From Chrysomallon squamiferum (taxonomy: Eukaryota > Animalia > Mollusca), in NCBI GenBank assembly GCA_012295275.1, contig CM022671.1, positions 24,056,001 to 24,120,000 of the forward strand: a DNA stretch of 64,000 nucleotides, in the 5' to 3' direction. Below the pieces are notes generated by a model. It did no database searches, was not told the origin of the DNA, and saw nothing but the letters and a program-made list of their open reading frames with translations. The position numbers and the translations under genes are program-made. Shown one piece after another: positions 49,195-64,000 of the stretch (its first letter is position 1; the number at the start of each line of letters is the position of its first letter).

Positions 49195-49385
49195 AATTTT
49201 AATAATTAACCTGTATATCAATATTTTTTATGTATCTCTCTCTCTGTGTGTTTATAGGTGTTTAAACACACAAAGACAAAGACACACATGTTTTATGAAT
49301 AAAGTATCAAGAGTAGCGTGAATTTTAATAATTAACCTGTATATCAATATTTTTTATGTATCTCTCTCTCTGTGTGTTTATAGGT
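49195..49385. repeat. Local ~65 bp direct duplication in the C-D spacer
   Basis: 'aattttaataattaacctgtatatcaatattttttatgtatctctctctctgtgtgtttataggtg' occurs at ~49195 and ~49321. Confidence 0.8.
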
Positions 49386-49947
49386 GAATAAAAAACAACT
49401 GAAAAAAAAAAACCTTTTTCTTTCGTCATGTCTTGTGCCAATGCATAAATTAAAATAATAACAATCAGCTAAGGTGGGTAAGAAATCTATATATGTGTGT
49501 CTGTGCATGTGTATGTATCAATGTATATATTTATATGTACGTAGTATGTATACTTTTATGTATGCATATATGTGTCTGATTCATTTTCGTCCGTGTGTTG
49601 TGTGTGTTTGTAAGTTTCGATTGTAATGTAGTAAAAATAATCAATTTTCATTCTGAGCAGTTCTCGCTGTTGCAATATCACCGTTGCTATCACCGTTAAA
49701 TCACCAGCATGATTTCAGGAATTAGTAAATTAAAACTTAGATATTAGTTTATTCTTATGATACTTCTGTCATCCACTAGATAAACAACAACAAAGAGTTG
49801 AGCTTTACTTATTTATTAACTGCTTCACAAACTAATTAAACAAACATAAAAATACACACTACTAAATTATCTACATTACAGAACTGTTAAAAATGGGATG
49901 GTTCGAAGGAGAATTACATAATAATAATGTTGATATAAAAGGTTGTG

Positions 49948-49987
<40 letters not shown>

Positions 49988-50792
49988 TAAACAATTATGC
50001 TGTTAATGACACCTATAATACTGCAAAACTACCCCACAAAACAAATGTATGTAATTATGCAAAAGCAACTACAGCTGTATTATCTACACAGCAGTTAAAA
50101 ACGATCAAGGGAGAATCACTGTAATAATGTTCATATAAATTTCACGTTACGGTTTGTGTATATGTATTAAACAAATATTACATCAAAACAGATATGAAAA
50201 GTATCATATCAAATTCTGCTACAAACACTTTATCATAGCACGAGTCAAGTTTTAGTGATTGTTCCTGGTGATCTCTGTGCGCGTGAAAAGGGAACCTCAA
50301 TAGAATACTTTGAGTTTGAGTTTATTTCTCAAAATGAAACTGACGATAACATGACCATGAAATAACTTAACTCAGAAATATGAAAGCTGTCTCTAAAGTT
50401 CGTCATTGCTCATTTTCGCGTAAAAGGATATTACGAATTGTTAATCAGAATTGTCATTATTTACTTACAGGCAATTTATTTACCTACTATAATTATTAAT
50501 ACATTTCTCTTTTAGCAATTGTCGTTGCAATATATTTTCCCTTTTTTATTGATAGAGAGTAGATAATCTCTATAAAAATTATTACATTAATATGATTCAT
50601 TATCTGTAGTTATTCTAGAAAAAAAGAAATGTACCTACAGTTTCGTAGATATCTGGGTTTCCTGCTAAAGTCGAAATATTGTTTCCTCGCCACAGCAATA
50701 AAAGTAGTTTTTCATCGTTAGTAAAATTTCTTATTATCATGTTTATTACACATGATATTTCTTATTCATAAGATTTTCTGGACGATGGACCC

Positions 50793-51671
50793 TCAGCACA
50801 TATCAGATCCATAATAATTCCACTCATCAGTGTTTTCCTTAGTATCACTGAATAAAGGGTTAATTAGAAGCTCGCATTCTTGTGTCTTAAGTTTGAAATT
50901 GAACGCTAAACATCCCGATTTCTTCAGACAATAAAAGCCGCACTGAGAAGGAGATTTCGTAGAAGTGTGGATCTCAGAATTCTTAGTTATCAGTCGAGAT
51001 GCTGTTGTACGAGGAAAGGTTAGAGACGCGTCACATCCTGAAATAAATACAAAAAATATTAAATAAATACAAACGTGGTTGATTCTATAACATTACCACT
51101 GCTGCTGCTGCTGCAAGTACTATTACTACATTACAACTACTAGTTCTACTGCTAGTACTACTAGTGTAATAATAATAATATTAAAAAGAAGACGAAGAAG
51201 AAGAAAAAGAGGAATAAGAACAAGTGGAAGAAAAGAAGAAGAAGAAATAATGTCATCTTACTGTATTATTACATTTAGTTGCTTCAATTTTTAATACAAT
51301 TTCTATTAATATTCTCTCTACATTTATCACTTTTGTAACCAATACTACTACTGTCACTACTATTATTAAAGCAATATGTTATATATACACACCTGTTTGA
51401 ATTTCACCATAGACCTTTACTTCGCACAGTGTTAGCGCGTCATAGCCATCAATGAGCTTCCATTTACTGATACGAACGAAACGACCTGGTACATTACGGC
51501 TGCAGTTAAATGTTCTGGTCTCAGCTTTGCCGAGGCTGGGTCCCGTGTAGTTGAAACACACTTCAGAAACTGCAGTAGGACAGCGTTGTGGGTTTTGTAA
51601 AAATATTTCAATAACAAAACTGTGAAGTCTCTCCCCTATAATAATATACAGAACAACAGGAACACGTTAAT

Positions 51672-51750
<79 letters not shown>

Positions 51751-52381
51751 GAGCAAGCATTTGTTTTGATCAGTGTAAATAGCATGTACAATATAGGTCA
51801 AAAGTAGATGAAATCATGTTTCCACCATAAGACTTTATCTGTTAGAAAACCCCCAAAACTAGTCCCATAATTAACGCTGAAATTGATTCGTAAACGGATT
51901 GTATGCTTTTATTAATTCATTCATCTGCTATATACGGAAGACTAAATATAAAATAAAAACTTGAAAAGATATTAAAGGCTATCTTCTAACAGAATGAATC
52001 TCCTCTGTTGGTTATTTCAACAGCAGTGATTAGAAAATTTGACTGTAGGTCAACCATCCACCATGGTGTCATGTCGTTGACGTCAGAGGTACTGCATTTG
52101 TCAACATAGAGATCTGTCTTCATATTTCCGTCAACAGCATACTGGGAATAGAAGTATTTATAGTCGCTGCTTTGTGTACTAGGTTTCATCAAGGCAAGGT
52201 TCTGATCTGTCTCGCCTGAAAGAGAGAGAGAGATTTGACTGTTTTTTAGAAAACTATTGAGGAAAAATGTCAATGGAATTTTTTTTATAAACTTACCAAC
52301 AGTAACCATAGACATTGTTAGAAAGCATATTCCACAGATACTAAAAGATTTTGTTAACGAAACAGATCTGGAACTTTTCAT
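50793..52381 (-). CDS. F-type lectin + PAN/Apple secreted protein, copy D (~265 aa; motif His replaced by Thr)
   Basis: Exons 52297-52381, 51991-52215, 51393-51635 and 50793-51037. Motif CSTSD...NRGDSFWERL. Confidence 0.9.
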
Positions 52382-53285
52382 AGTTCTTGTGAAAATGGTT
52401 TAGTCTTCGCAACGACAGAAAACTATCAATAAAATAGAAAAAGTAAATAAACAATTACTAAATGCCTGTTTTGTCTTTATTTATTGATTTATTATTTCAT
52501 TCTCCTGAGAATGTATTATCATAATACAATAATATTAATCGTAGCAAATATCTTTCCCAGCTGAATTATAAATTATGAAAAATATTATTTTAGTTCCTTT
52601 TTAATTTGGAGGGCTTTCTTTATTTCGAAATATTTAGGTGTTTAATGGCTGGCTGGTTCCTGTCATAAACGACATGTCACAATAAGGAATCCAGGAATAC
52701 TGATTTAATAACTCTTAGAGTAGGATAGAACTAGAAGATGAATCGGTATCAAAATAGCCTGTAAGAAACAATCAAAGATGAAGTGACACAGCCGGTCACT
52801 TGGTACTCTTTTAGCTTCCATTTAAAACATCTCTTCCCGTCCCCGAAGCTAATAAACAGAGATATTAGTTTCTTCATCCATTTTTCTGTTTTCATCATGA
52901 CTTTAGTAGGATTCTTTTATCTACTTTAGTGTGATCGGTTACCCTTCTCTGTAACTAATTCTCTTACGGTATCGTTTATGTTATGTATTTGTTTCATAAC
53001 ATGTTTGGAACTTAGGGTGACTTTATTTTTCATTTTCAGTAAATAATGTTTCTTATTTACTTGATTTAAAGTAGTGTTTATTTTCAATGGGGGTAACGAG
53101 CAATGGCTTTATTTATTTCACGTCTGGGTTACAATCGTAACAGATTACTATTATTTCTTAGAGAAACTGCAGGCACTGATTACTTAATTTTAATCTAATT
53201 TCTGTGGTGAAAATAACGAACAACATTGTCAGAATGCTAATGATGATGATAATCATCGCCATTATTGTTATTGTTATTATTATTA

Positions 53286-53338
<53 letters not shown>

Positions 53339-53945
53339 GTTATTAGACATAAAAAATTAGATTTTTGATTTATAGATCGTTACTAATTATTTTACCTTTA
53401 ATAATTTCAAAACACACTAGAATTCATTGATTTGATCGTTGCTTAAAATTCATATTCTTATCCAATGTATACTTTTCCCTCTTCTTTCTTTCTCATTATT
53501 TCAAAGCTCATTTGGCGATGAAAGTAAAACAGTTCCCAATATTCTGATATTCAGAGTATTTGTAATTTTCGTCTTTGTACAATATATTCTACGAGAGTAT
53601 CCACTGTTTCTGGAAGGTCAGTGTTGTATCTTTTTGTTTAGTGTTATCGGTGAGTAGAAAATAAAACAAAATGTGTCAGCTTTTTTCATTTTTGTTGTTG
53701 TTTGATATAGTCACTAGTGAATAATTTGTCTTGTTTCTGCCAAGAAAACTTACGAATGTATGACTGGTAAATAGAGACGTAATGCCTATGACTGTAAAAG
53801 ACTTTCGTGCTTCCCTTATAAATAATGTGCTTAAGATACAATGTAAATCATATACATTTTTTTATAAACTATTATTTTCTCCAAATTATTATTGTTGTTA
53901 TTGATAATTGTGTTACCAACACCAAAGCCAATACTGAACGTTAGG

Positions 53946-54076
<131 letters not shown>

Positions 54077-54132
54077 TATTTTTTAGAAAACTGTTACACA
54101 GAAATGTCAAAGGAATATTTTTATAAACTTAC

Positions 54133-54199
54133 CAACAGTAACCGTAGTCATTGTCAAGAAAAATATTCCACAGATACTAAAAAATCTGGAATTTTTCAT
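54133..54199 (-). pseudogene. Orphan short-type leader exon (remnant of a truncated copy, or alternative first exon for copy D)
   Basis: MKNSRFFSICGIFFLTMTTVTV with an intact GTAAG donor and a (GA)n tract. Past the tract (below 53948) the sequence is unrelated and no F-type exon follows. The conserved upstream block is deleted at ~54685. Confidence 0.7.
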
Positions 54200-54961
54200 A
54201 GTTCTTGTGAAAATGGTTCAGTTTTCGCAACGATAGAAATCTATCTATAAAACAGCAACAGCAAGTAACAATTACTAGGTGCGTATTTTGTCTTTATTTG
54301 TTGACCTAGCCATCTATTTAATTTTTCATTCACTCTCCTGGGAATGTATTATCATAAAATAATAATATTAACTATAGCAAATATCTTTCCCAGCTGAATT
54401 ATAAATTGTGAAGAGAGTTATTTAAAATACCCCGTACCTAACAATCAAAGATGAAGTGACACAGCCGGTCACTTGGTGCTCTTTGAGCTTCCATTTAAAA
54501 CATCTCTTCCCGTCTCAAAAGCTAATAAACAGAGATGTTTGTTTGTTCATCCATTTTTCTGTTTTCATCATGACTTTAGTGTTTAATTATTATAATTATT
54601 ATTATTACTAAAAATATAGATGATTGACTTATATTCGTTACTAATTATTGTACCTGTAATCGTTTCAAAACACACTAGAATTCACTCATCACTGGTGTTC
54701 ACTGGTGGTTGAAAAAATTTTCAACATAAATTTTTAACTGAAAAAACCCTTTACGTTTAGTTAAAATTACTTTGTAATGCTAAATTTTAATTATTGTTCT
54801 CTCTCTGTTTCTCATTCTCTATCTCTGACTTCACTGTGCTTCATTCTTTGTCTGTCTTTCTGAATCTCTATTTCTTTTCTTTTTCTTTTTTCACTCTTTG
54901 TGATGTTGGTTCTTTTTACATCTATTTCGCTATTTCTCTTAGGTATTTGATATTTGATGTA

Positions 54962-55694
54962 CAGTAGTACCTTGACTTACGAGTTTAATTCGTTCCGTGG
55001 CCGAGCTCGTTTCTCAAATTTGCTCGTATATCAAATCAATTTTCTCAACTGAAATTAATTGAGATACCATTAATTCGTTCTGGCTCCGAAAAGCCACACA
55101 TTTTTTTATATAAGAAAAATGTATTTATAAAGGATATATATTGTACAAAAACAAAATAAAAGATACTGTAAAGAAATAAATTGGTTTTGTAAAGTTTATT
55201 TATCTTGGAGAGCAGACAAACTTTTTTAATGCTTTTGGCTTGAGTTACAACGTTTAACGACTCCTTCAGCTTCAGTATGATACATATCGTAGAAGTAGTA
55301 CTGCCTAGCCAAGTCGACTATATGCACACCTCACTCATATTTTTCTATGAATTAAAGCTTTAATTCAATGGACATCATACGTTCTTCTCAGCACTGTCCT
55401 TTGCATTCACTTTCTTAGGATCCATGGCAAAAAGAAATTTGGGAAGATGCTGCACAAAACGCGAGCAGAACACAACAAAGGTGCTTGCACGGCAAGGTAA
55501 CAACGTGAAGTAAACGAGTGACACGGGGGATGTTGGCAGGATGTTAGGTTGGTCGCTGCACCAAATAGCGCCGGTGAATCTGAAGCTCGCGCGTAACTCG
55601 GATTTTGGCTCGCAACTCAAAGCAAAGTTGCCAGCCGACTGCTCGTAAGTCGAAAAACTCGTAAGTTGGTAACTTGTAAGTCGAGGTACCACTG
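54962..55694 (-). mobile_element. Internally deleted Tigger/pogo DNA transposon, copy 2 (same insertion site as copy 1)
   Basis: TA|CAGTAGTACCTTGACTTACGAG ... CTTGTAAGTCGAGGTACCACTG|TA, with the same transposase remnant. About 35 bp longer than copy 1. Confidence 0.9.
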
Positions 55695-56076
55695 TATATA
55701 AAAGACAAAAAAACAAAAACAATGAAGAAGAACGTGACAGTTATTTCTGCATACAAATGACAACACAACCTTTCAGAGAACTGACACACTTGAATAAATA
55801 ACGTACATTCTATTTAATTTTATGAACAATGCTTTTTTTTATTACTTCATCTACATTGTATGTGTGTATTCATCTTATGTACATGTGATGTGTATGTACG
55901 CACGTATGTATTTCTGTGTTTATGTATACATATGTGTATTTGCGTCGATATGGATATATGTACGTTTCTATGCATGTATGTTAGTACGTACGTACTTTTG
56001 TTTTTATGTTAAGTGCTTCCTTATATATATATCTGTGTCTGCATGTGCTTGCATGCGTTATGCATCTAATTTTAAA

Positions 56077-56121
<45 letters not shown>

Positions 56122-56608
56122 ATTCTTTCAAATTTGGGCAAACTGTAACAAAGGTTATCCCTTGTCGTGCTAAGAATAAGAAAAAGTGAACTAAAGTTGT
56201 GTGGACATAAGTGATAAACAAGAGGCTCTTATAGCCTGGTATCCGATAATAAAAACAAAATACAGGCAATTAATAACTGCAACACACACAAATATCAGTA
56301 AGAGCAATCAGTCACAGTAATTTGTTAGTCTAGGATTTCATCAGGTATTTTAAAAACCGTCAGAAATAGTTTAATCAGGTGCCCGATCACAATGAACGAT
56401 GCAACAAACAAAACAAGAAAATATTAATAATATCTAATGTCAGAATTTAATAATTTATAATCTATTACACTAACACAATGTAATGATATTTACTGTAACA
56501 AATCTGCCGATTCCAACCGCATGGTCGTCAACGACATTTCATTCAAAAATTAAATCGTCTATAGTCGTTTGTCAGTTTTTATATCAGTACTTCTAACAGA
56601 TTATGCAC

Positions 56609-56654
<46 letters not shown>

Positions 56655-56962
56655 GCACACACACATATAAACACATTATCATCAATATTATGCGGATAAC
56701 ATCTTCATTCTTTTCACTTCATAAATTTTTAAAATTAAACTTTCTAATACTGTTTGTAAGTTTCTTTTTGTTTATTCATGCATGTGAATATATATATTAT
56801 ATTGAATAATGTAATGATTTTTATTGTAAAAGATCTATCGATTCCAACCATTCACGCATGAACTTTATTTCACTGTAAATTGAACTGTCTGAAACCGACT
56901 GTAAATTCTTTGTGTTCTTTTTCAAATTTTAATAATTAACCTATATATCAATATTTCTTATG

Positions 56963-57058
<96 letters not shown>

Positions 57059-57679
57059 GGTGTTTAAACACACAAAGACAAAGACACACATGTTTTATGA
57101 ATAAAGTATCAAGAGTAGCGTGAAAAAAAAAAACTGAAATAAAAGAAGCCTTTTTCTTTCGTCATGTCTTGTGCCAATGCATAAATTAAAATAATAACAA
57201 TCAGCTAAGCTGGGTAAGAAATCTATATATGTGAGTCTGTGCATGTGTATGTATCAATATATATATTTGTATGTATGTAGTATGCATACATTTATGTATG
57301 CATATATGTGTCTGATTCATTTTCGTCCGTGTGTGTGTGTGTTTGTAAGTTTCGACTGTAATGTAGTAAAAATAATCCGTTTTCATTCTGAGCAGTTCTC
57401 GTTGTTGCAATATGTAAACTGGTCGCTATCACCGTTAAATCACCAGCATGATTTCAGGAATTAGTACATTAAAACTTAGATATTAATTTATTCTTATGAT
57501 ACTTCCGACATCCACTAGATAAACAACAACAAAGAGTTCAGCTTTACTTATTTATTAACTGCTTCACAAGCTCATTAAGCAAATATAAAAATACACATTA
57601 CTAAATTATCTACATTACAGAATTGTTAAAAATGGGATGGTTCGAAGGAGAATTACCTAATAATAATGTTGATATAATA

Positions 57680-58990
57680 AGTTGTGCTACACACACACAC
57701 GCATATATATATATTAAACAAATATGCTGTTAATGAAACCTACCATATTGAAAAATTACCGCACAAAACAAATGTATGTAATTAATCAAAAGCAACTATA
57801 GCTGTATTATCTACACAGCAGTTAAAAACGAGATGGATCAAGGGAGAATCACTGTAATAATGTTCATATAAATTTCACGTTACGTTTAGTGCGTATGTAT
57901 TAAACAAATATTACATCAAAACAGATATGAAAAGTATCATATCAAATTCTGTTACAACCAGTTTATCACAGCACCACTCAAGTTTCAGTGATTGTGCCCG
58001 GTGACCTCTATGCGCGTGAAAAGGGAACCATAATAGACAAGCTGAGTTTCTTTCTGAAAATGAAACTGACGATAACTTGACCACGAATTAACTCAGAAAT
58101 ATGAACGCTGTCTCTAAAGTTCGTTATTGTCGCGTAAAAGGATATTACATATTATTAATTAGAACTGTCATTAATTACTTATAGGTAATTTATTTATTTA
58201 CTATAATTATTAATATTTTCTTTTTAGCAATTGTCATTGCAATATATTTTCCGTTTTTTATTAATAGAGAGTAGATAATCTCAAGATTAAGACACTTTAT
58301 CACAGGATGACTGAAGTTTCAGTGATTTTGCCCGGTTACCTCTATGCGCGTGAAAAGGTTTATTCTTATTATACTTCTGTCCACAATATATAAGCTTGAA
58401 TTTGAGTTTCTTTCTGAACATGAAACTGACGAAAACTTGACAATGAATTAGCGTAACTCGAAAATATGAAAGGGTTTTTAAAGTTAATGTTCATATAATA
58501 AGTTGTGCTATGTATATATAAATAATAAACAAATATGCTGTTAATGAAACCTACCATATTGAAAAATTACCGCACAAAACAAATGGATGTAATTATGCAA
58601 AAGCACCTACAGCAGTATTATCTACACAGCAGTTAAAAACGAGATGGATCAAGGGAGAATCATTGTAATAATGTTCATATAAAATGTTGTTATGTTTTGT
58701 ATATATATATATATAAAACAAACACTACATCAAAACAGATATGAAAGGTATCATATCAAATTCTGCTACAAACATTTTATCACAGCACGACTCAAGTTTT
58801 AGTGATTGTTCCCGGTGACCTCTGTGCGCGTGAAAAGGGAACCTCAATAGAATAGTTTGAGTTTGAGTTTCTTTCTGAAAATGAAACTGACGATAACTTG
58901 ACCATGAGATAACTTAACTCAGAAATATGAAAGCTGTCTCTAAAGTTCGTCATTGCTCATTTTCGCGTAAAAGGATATTACAAATTGTTA
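57680..58990. repeat. Internal re-duplication within the spacer preceding copy E
   Basis: The block 'agttgtgcta...acaaatatgctgttaatgaaacctacc...gcgcgtgaaaagg...aaactgacga' occurs at ~57680-58150 and again at ~58500-58990, with a partial copy at ~58290-58470. Confidence 0.8.
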
Positions 58991-59340
58991 ATCAGAACTC
59001 TCATTATTTACTTACAGGCAATTTATTTACCTACTGTAATTATTAATACATTTCTTTTTTAGCAATTGTCGTTTGAATATATTTTCTCTATTTTATTAAT
59101 AGAGAGTACATAATCTCAAGATTATATAGTATATAAAAATTATTACGTTAATATGATTCATTATCTGTAATTATTATAGAAAAAAAGTAATGTAGATATC
59201 TGGGTTTCCTGCTAAAGTCGAAATATTGTTTCCTCGCCAGATAAAATAAAAGTAGTTTATCATCATTAGTGAAATTTCTTATTAACATGTTTATTACACA
59301 TGATGTTTCTTATTCATAAGATTTTATGGACGATGGATCC

Positions 59341-60974
59341 TCAGCACATATCAGATCCATAGTAATTCCACTCATCAGTGTTTTCCTTCGTATCACTGAA
59401 TAAAGGGTTAATTAGAAGCTCGCATTCTTGTGTCTTGAGTTTGAAATTGAACGCTAAACATCCCGATTTCTGCAGACAATAAAAGCCGCACTGAGAAGGA
59501 GATTTCGTAGAAGTGTGGATCTCAGAATTCTTAGTTATCAGTCGAGATGCTGTTGTACGAGGAAAGGTTAGAGACGCGTCACATCCTGAAATAAATACAA
59601 AAAATATTAAATAAATACAAACGTGGTTGATTCTATAACATTACCACTGCTTCTGCTGCCAGTAGTCGTGTTATATTACTACTACAACTTGTACTACTAT
59701 TCTAATAATAATTAAAGAAAAGCACGCGAAGAAGAAGACGAAAAAGAGGAATAAGAACAAGTAGAAGAAAAAGAAGGCGAAGGAAAAGAAGAAGAAGAAA
59801 TAATGTCATCTAACACTATTATTACATTTACTACAACTCCAAATTTTAATACTATTTCTATTAATATTGTTTCTACTGTTATCACTTTTGTAACCAATAC
59901 TACTACTGTCACTACTGTTATTAAAGCAATATGTTATATATACACACCAGTTTCAATTTCACCACAGGTCTTTACTTCGCACAATGTTAGCACATCAGAG
60001 CCATCAATGAGCTTCCATTTACTGATACGAACGAAACGACCTGGTACATTACGTCTGCAGTGAAATCTTCTGGTCTCAGCTTTGCCGAGGCTGGGTCCCG
60101 TGTAGTTGAAACACACTTCAGAAACTGCAGTAGGACAGCGTTGTGGGTTTTGTGAAAATATTTCAATAACAAAACTGTGAAGTCTCTGCCCTATAATAAT
60201 ATACAGAACAACAGGAACACGTTAACTGAATAATACTACTGCTACTACTATTAATAATATGGATTTGTTTTGATAAGTGTAAATAATATCTCCAACATAA
60301 GTCAAAATTGATGAAATAATTTTTCCTCTGTTAGATTTTATGTGTTAGAAAAAACAAAAACTAGTCCCAGGATTAATGCTGAAATTTATTCGTAAAAGGA
60401 TTGTATGCTTTCATAGACATTCAATTGTTTCGTTTATTAATTTATTCATTTGTTATATACCGAAGACTAAATATAAAATAAAAACTTGAAAAGATATTAA
60501 AGGTTATCTTCTAACAGTCTGAATCCCCTCTGTTGGTTATTTCAACAGCAGTGATTAGAAATTTTGACTGTAGATCAACCATCCACCACGGTGCCATGTC
60601 GTTGACGTCAGTGTGACTGCATTTGTCAAGAACGAGATGTGCTTTCATGTTTCCGTCAACAGCATACTGGGAATAGAAGTCTTTATAGTCGCTGCTTTGT
60701 GTTGTAGGTTTCATCAAGGCAAGGTTCTGATCTGTCTCGCCTGAAAGATGAAAAGGTGCCATAAATACATGATACCTAGAGTTTATGAATATATCAAACA
60801 TTAAGGAAGGAAGAAAGGAAGGAGAGAGAGAGAGAGTGAGAGAAATTTGACTATTTCTCAGAAAACTGTTGCAGTGAAATGTCAAAGGAATATTTTTGTT
60901 AACTTACCAACAGTAACCGTAGTCATTGTCAAGAAAAACATTCCACAGATACTAAAAGATCTGGAATTTTTCAT
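59341..60974 (-). CDS. F-type lectin + PAN/Apple secreted protein, copy E (~259 aa)
   Basis: Exons 60908-60974, 60516-60740, 59948-60190 and 59341-59585. Motif CSHTD...NRGDSDWQRL. Confidence 0.9.
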
Positions 60975-63900
60975 AGTTTTTGCGAAAATGGTTTAGTCTT
61001 CGCAGCGACAGAAATCTATCTATGAGACAGCAACAGAAAAGAAACAGTTACTAAAATCCTGTTTTGTCTTTATTTATTGATTTGACCATCTATTTAAATT
61101 TTCATTTATTCTCCTGGGAATGTATTATCATATATATATATATATATATAATTATAAATTATGAAGAGAGTTGTTTGACTTACTTTTTTAGTTGGAGGGC
61201 TTACTGTGTATAAAAACATTTAGCTATTTAATGGATGGTTGGTTTCTGTCACAAACGACATGTCACAGTAAAATAAAAATAAGAAATCGAGAAATACTGA
61301 TTTAATAACATTTAGGGTAGAAGTTGAACAGGTATGAAAATACCCTGTACCTAACAATCAAAGATGAAGTGACACAGCCGGTCACTTGGTACTCTTTTAG
61401 CTTCCACTTAAAACATGTCTTCCCGTCTCAGAAGCTAATAAACAGAGCTGTGAGTTTGTTCATTCATTTTTCTGTTTTCATAATGTCTTTAGTGTTTAAT
61501 TATTATAATTATTATTAGTACTAAAAATACAGATATTTGATTTATTCTCGTACTAATTATTGTACCTTTAGTCATTTCAAAACAGACTGGAATTCACTCA
61601 GTTGTCTGATGCTGAAAATTGATATTCTTATCCAAAATATTCTGTTTCTTCTTCTTCTTTCTTTCTTGTTATTTGAAAGCTCTTTAGGCGATGAAAGTAA
61701 AACGGTTCTGTGTTCTGATATTCAGAGTATTTGTAATTTTCGTATTTGTACAATATATTGTACGGGAGGAGTCGGAATTTCTGGAATGTGGATGTGACAT
61801 CACTGGTGTTCATTGGTTGTGGATGACATTTTTATACATAAAATTTAAAACTGGAAATACCATTTACTTGTAATTTTGTATCTTGTAAACTTTAATTATT
61901 GTGTGGTATGTTTTAGTTTATTTTTTATGTTTCAAAATCATTTTAGGAAATTATTGTTTTCTTTATTGAATAGGTGTTTCTCTTACTTCTTTTTCCTCTA
62001 TAACAATCGAATTCTAAGTTTAACATTAATATATTTTCAGTATAGTTTGTTTATATAAATATCAGAGGTTTGGATCCAAGTTTATTTACTTATTTCTGCC
62101 TTGTTAGAGAAATCTGTAGTAAATGGATTTATCTCAGTGTAATAAGTGTTTGATATCTATATATTAGAAATAATTATTGTGCGTTATTAAAGGGGGAAAA
62201 CAATTAACAAACGGTAACGAAACATTTATCTCTCTCATTTTTTCCCTCTCTCTTTCTTTTACTGCAATTTATTTCACAATTTTTCATTTCATTGTCCGTC
62301 TTCTTTAATGTCTTTCTTTTTCTCTCTCTGTTTGTCATTCTGTATCTCTGACTTCACTCTGCTTTATTCTTTGTCTGTCTTTCTGAATCTCTATTTCTTT
62401 CTTTTTCTCCTTTTTCACTCCGTGTGATGTTGGTTGTTTTTACATCTATTTCGCTGTTTCTCGTAGTTATTTACTATTGTGACGGCTACAAAACGATATT
62501 TAAAACGTACATATATAAACAAAACATTCATAAATCTTTAAATATGTGAAATGAAGAAGAACCAGACCGTTATTTCTTCTGAACAAATGACAGGACGACC
62601 TTACAGAGAACTGACACACTTGAATAAATACTATACATTCTATTTAATTTTATGAACGATGCTTGTATTTTATTACTTCATCTACATTTTATGTGTGCAT
62701 TCATGTTATGTACTGCTATATGTATGTATGCAAGTATATTTGTCTCTTTTCATGTATACATGTGTCTATGTGCGTAGATATGTATGTATGTACGTTTGCA
62801 TGCATGTGTGTTAGGATGTAGATACTTTTCTTTTATGTACCTTTTTATTTTCAGTGCGGCCTTTTATTTATGTTCCTGTGTCTGGATGTGCGTGTTTGTG
62901 ATATGAATCCAATTGTAAAGTGTTTGTGCATGTCTGTGTGATGTGTTTGTATGTATATATATATAATTTAAATATATTATATATATAAAAAAACTTATAT
63001 ATATATAGTTAGATAGATAGATAGACAGATATATAGACAGATTTAATGTTTTAAATTTGGGCAAACTCTAGACTGGCTTTTCTGTCTAGTTATAAATATA
63101 CATATTCAAGCTGTACCTGATCTTCTTAATGTGTAAGTCAATATATAAATAAAAGTGTTTGCAGGCCTGCTGGCTTTAACAATGACAGGAGGAACAGAAT
63201 TAGTTTTCTGTTTTGTTTATTATCAATAATCTCGCTTAGATTTCAAAGTAGAAACAATTGTGTACATCCTATATTTATATACACTAGTGAATACATAACA
63301 GTGACAATTTTCGTGTGTCAGATGACAGAACAACGTGCAGAAAAAGCAGGAATAACTGATAAACCAGAGGCTCTTACAGTGTGGTATCCGATACAAATAA
63401 AAAAGACCAGCAATTAATAACTATAACACAGAACGAAAATCAGTAAGAGCAATTAGTCACAATAATTTGTTAGTCTAGTATTTCATCAAGACTTTTAAAA
63501 ACAGTCAGAATTAGTTTAATCAGGTGCCTGATCAGAATGAATAATGCCAAAAACAAAACAAAAAAATATTACTGATGTCTAATGTCAGAATGTAATAATT
63601 TATAATCTATTAAATTTCTATTTTGTAACAAGTCTGCCAATTCCAACCGCATGCTCGTTAACTAGATTTCATTTAAAATTAAATTGTCTATGTAATCGTT
63701 TGTCACTTTTTATATCAATATTTCCAACAGATTTATGCATACATACACAAACATAAACATACATACACACACATACACACACAGACTCACATTTTATCAT
63801 CAACAGCAAATAAGAACTTCATTCTTTTCACTTCGTACATAATTTAAATTAAACTATCTGAATCCGTTTGTCATTTGTTTTGTTTATTCATGCATGCAAA

Positions 63901-64000
63901 ATATATATGCTATAATGAATAATGTAATGATTTTTATCGATTCCAACCAGTCACGAGTTAGCTTTATTTCACTGTAAATTGAACTATTTGAAATCGATTG

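Overview
This is AT-rich, microsatellite-dense eukaryotic DNA with GT-AG introns, not a prokaryotic window. It is most likely from an invertebrate; a mollusc is inferred from the domain combinations and repeats, unverified. From left to right: (1) an Arf1-like GTPase on the minus strand, intronless over the 158 codons visible, running off the window edge and head-to-head (177 bp apart) with (2) a ~21-exon CHFR E3 ligase (+, 653-11834) that has an apparent 1-nt frameshift in exon 16. (3) From 14.3 kb to the window end lies a same-strand tandem array of putatively secreted lectin genes. One gene is 3xSRCR + F-type lectin + PAN/Apple (~596 aa) and has three tandem promoter/leader cassettes. Five genes (A-E, 259-265 aa) are F-type lectin + PAN/Apple and have identical exon sizes (225/243/245 nt). 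The paralogues differ mainly in the loops around the predicted fucose site and are mosaics of one another. They carry duplicated, dead or orphan phase-1 leader exons whose breakpoints lie at or near an intronic (GA)n tract. The best candidate for an undescribed system is this modular, diversifying glycan-recognition locus. Spacers and introns also hold two Tigger/pogo remnants and two solo-LTR-like insertions. All gene models were spliced and translated by eye; no searches were run.
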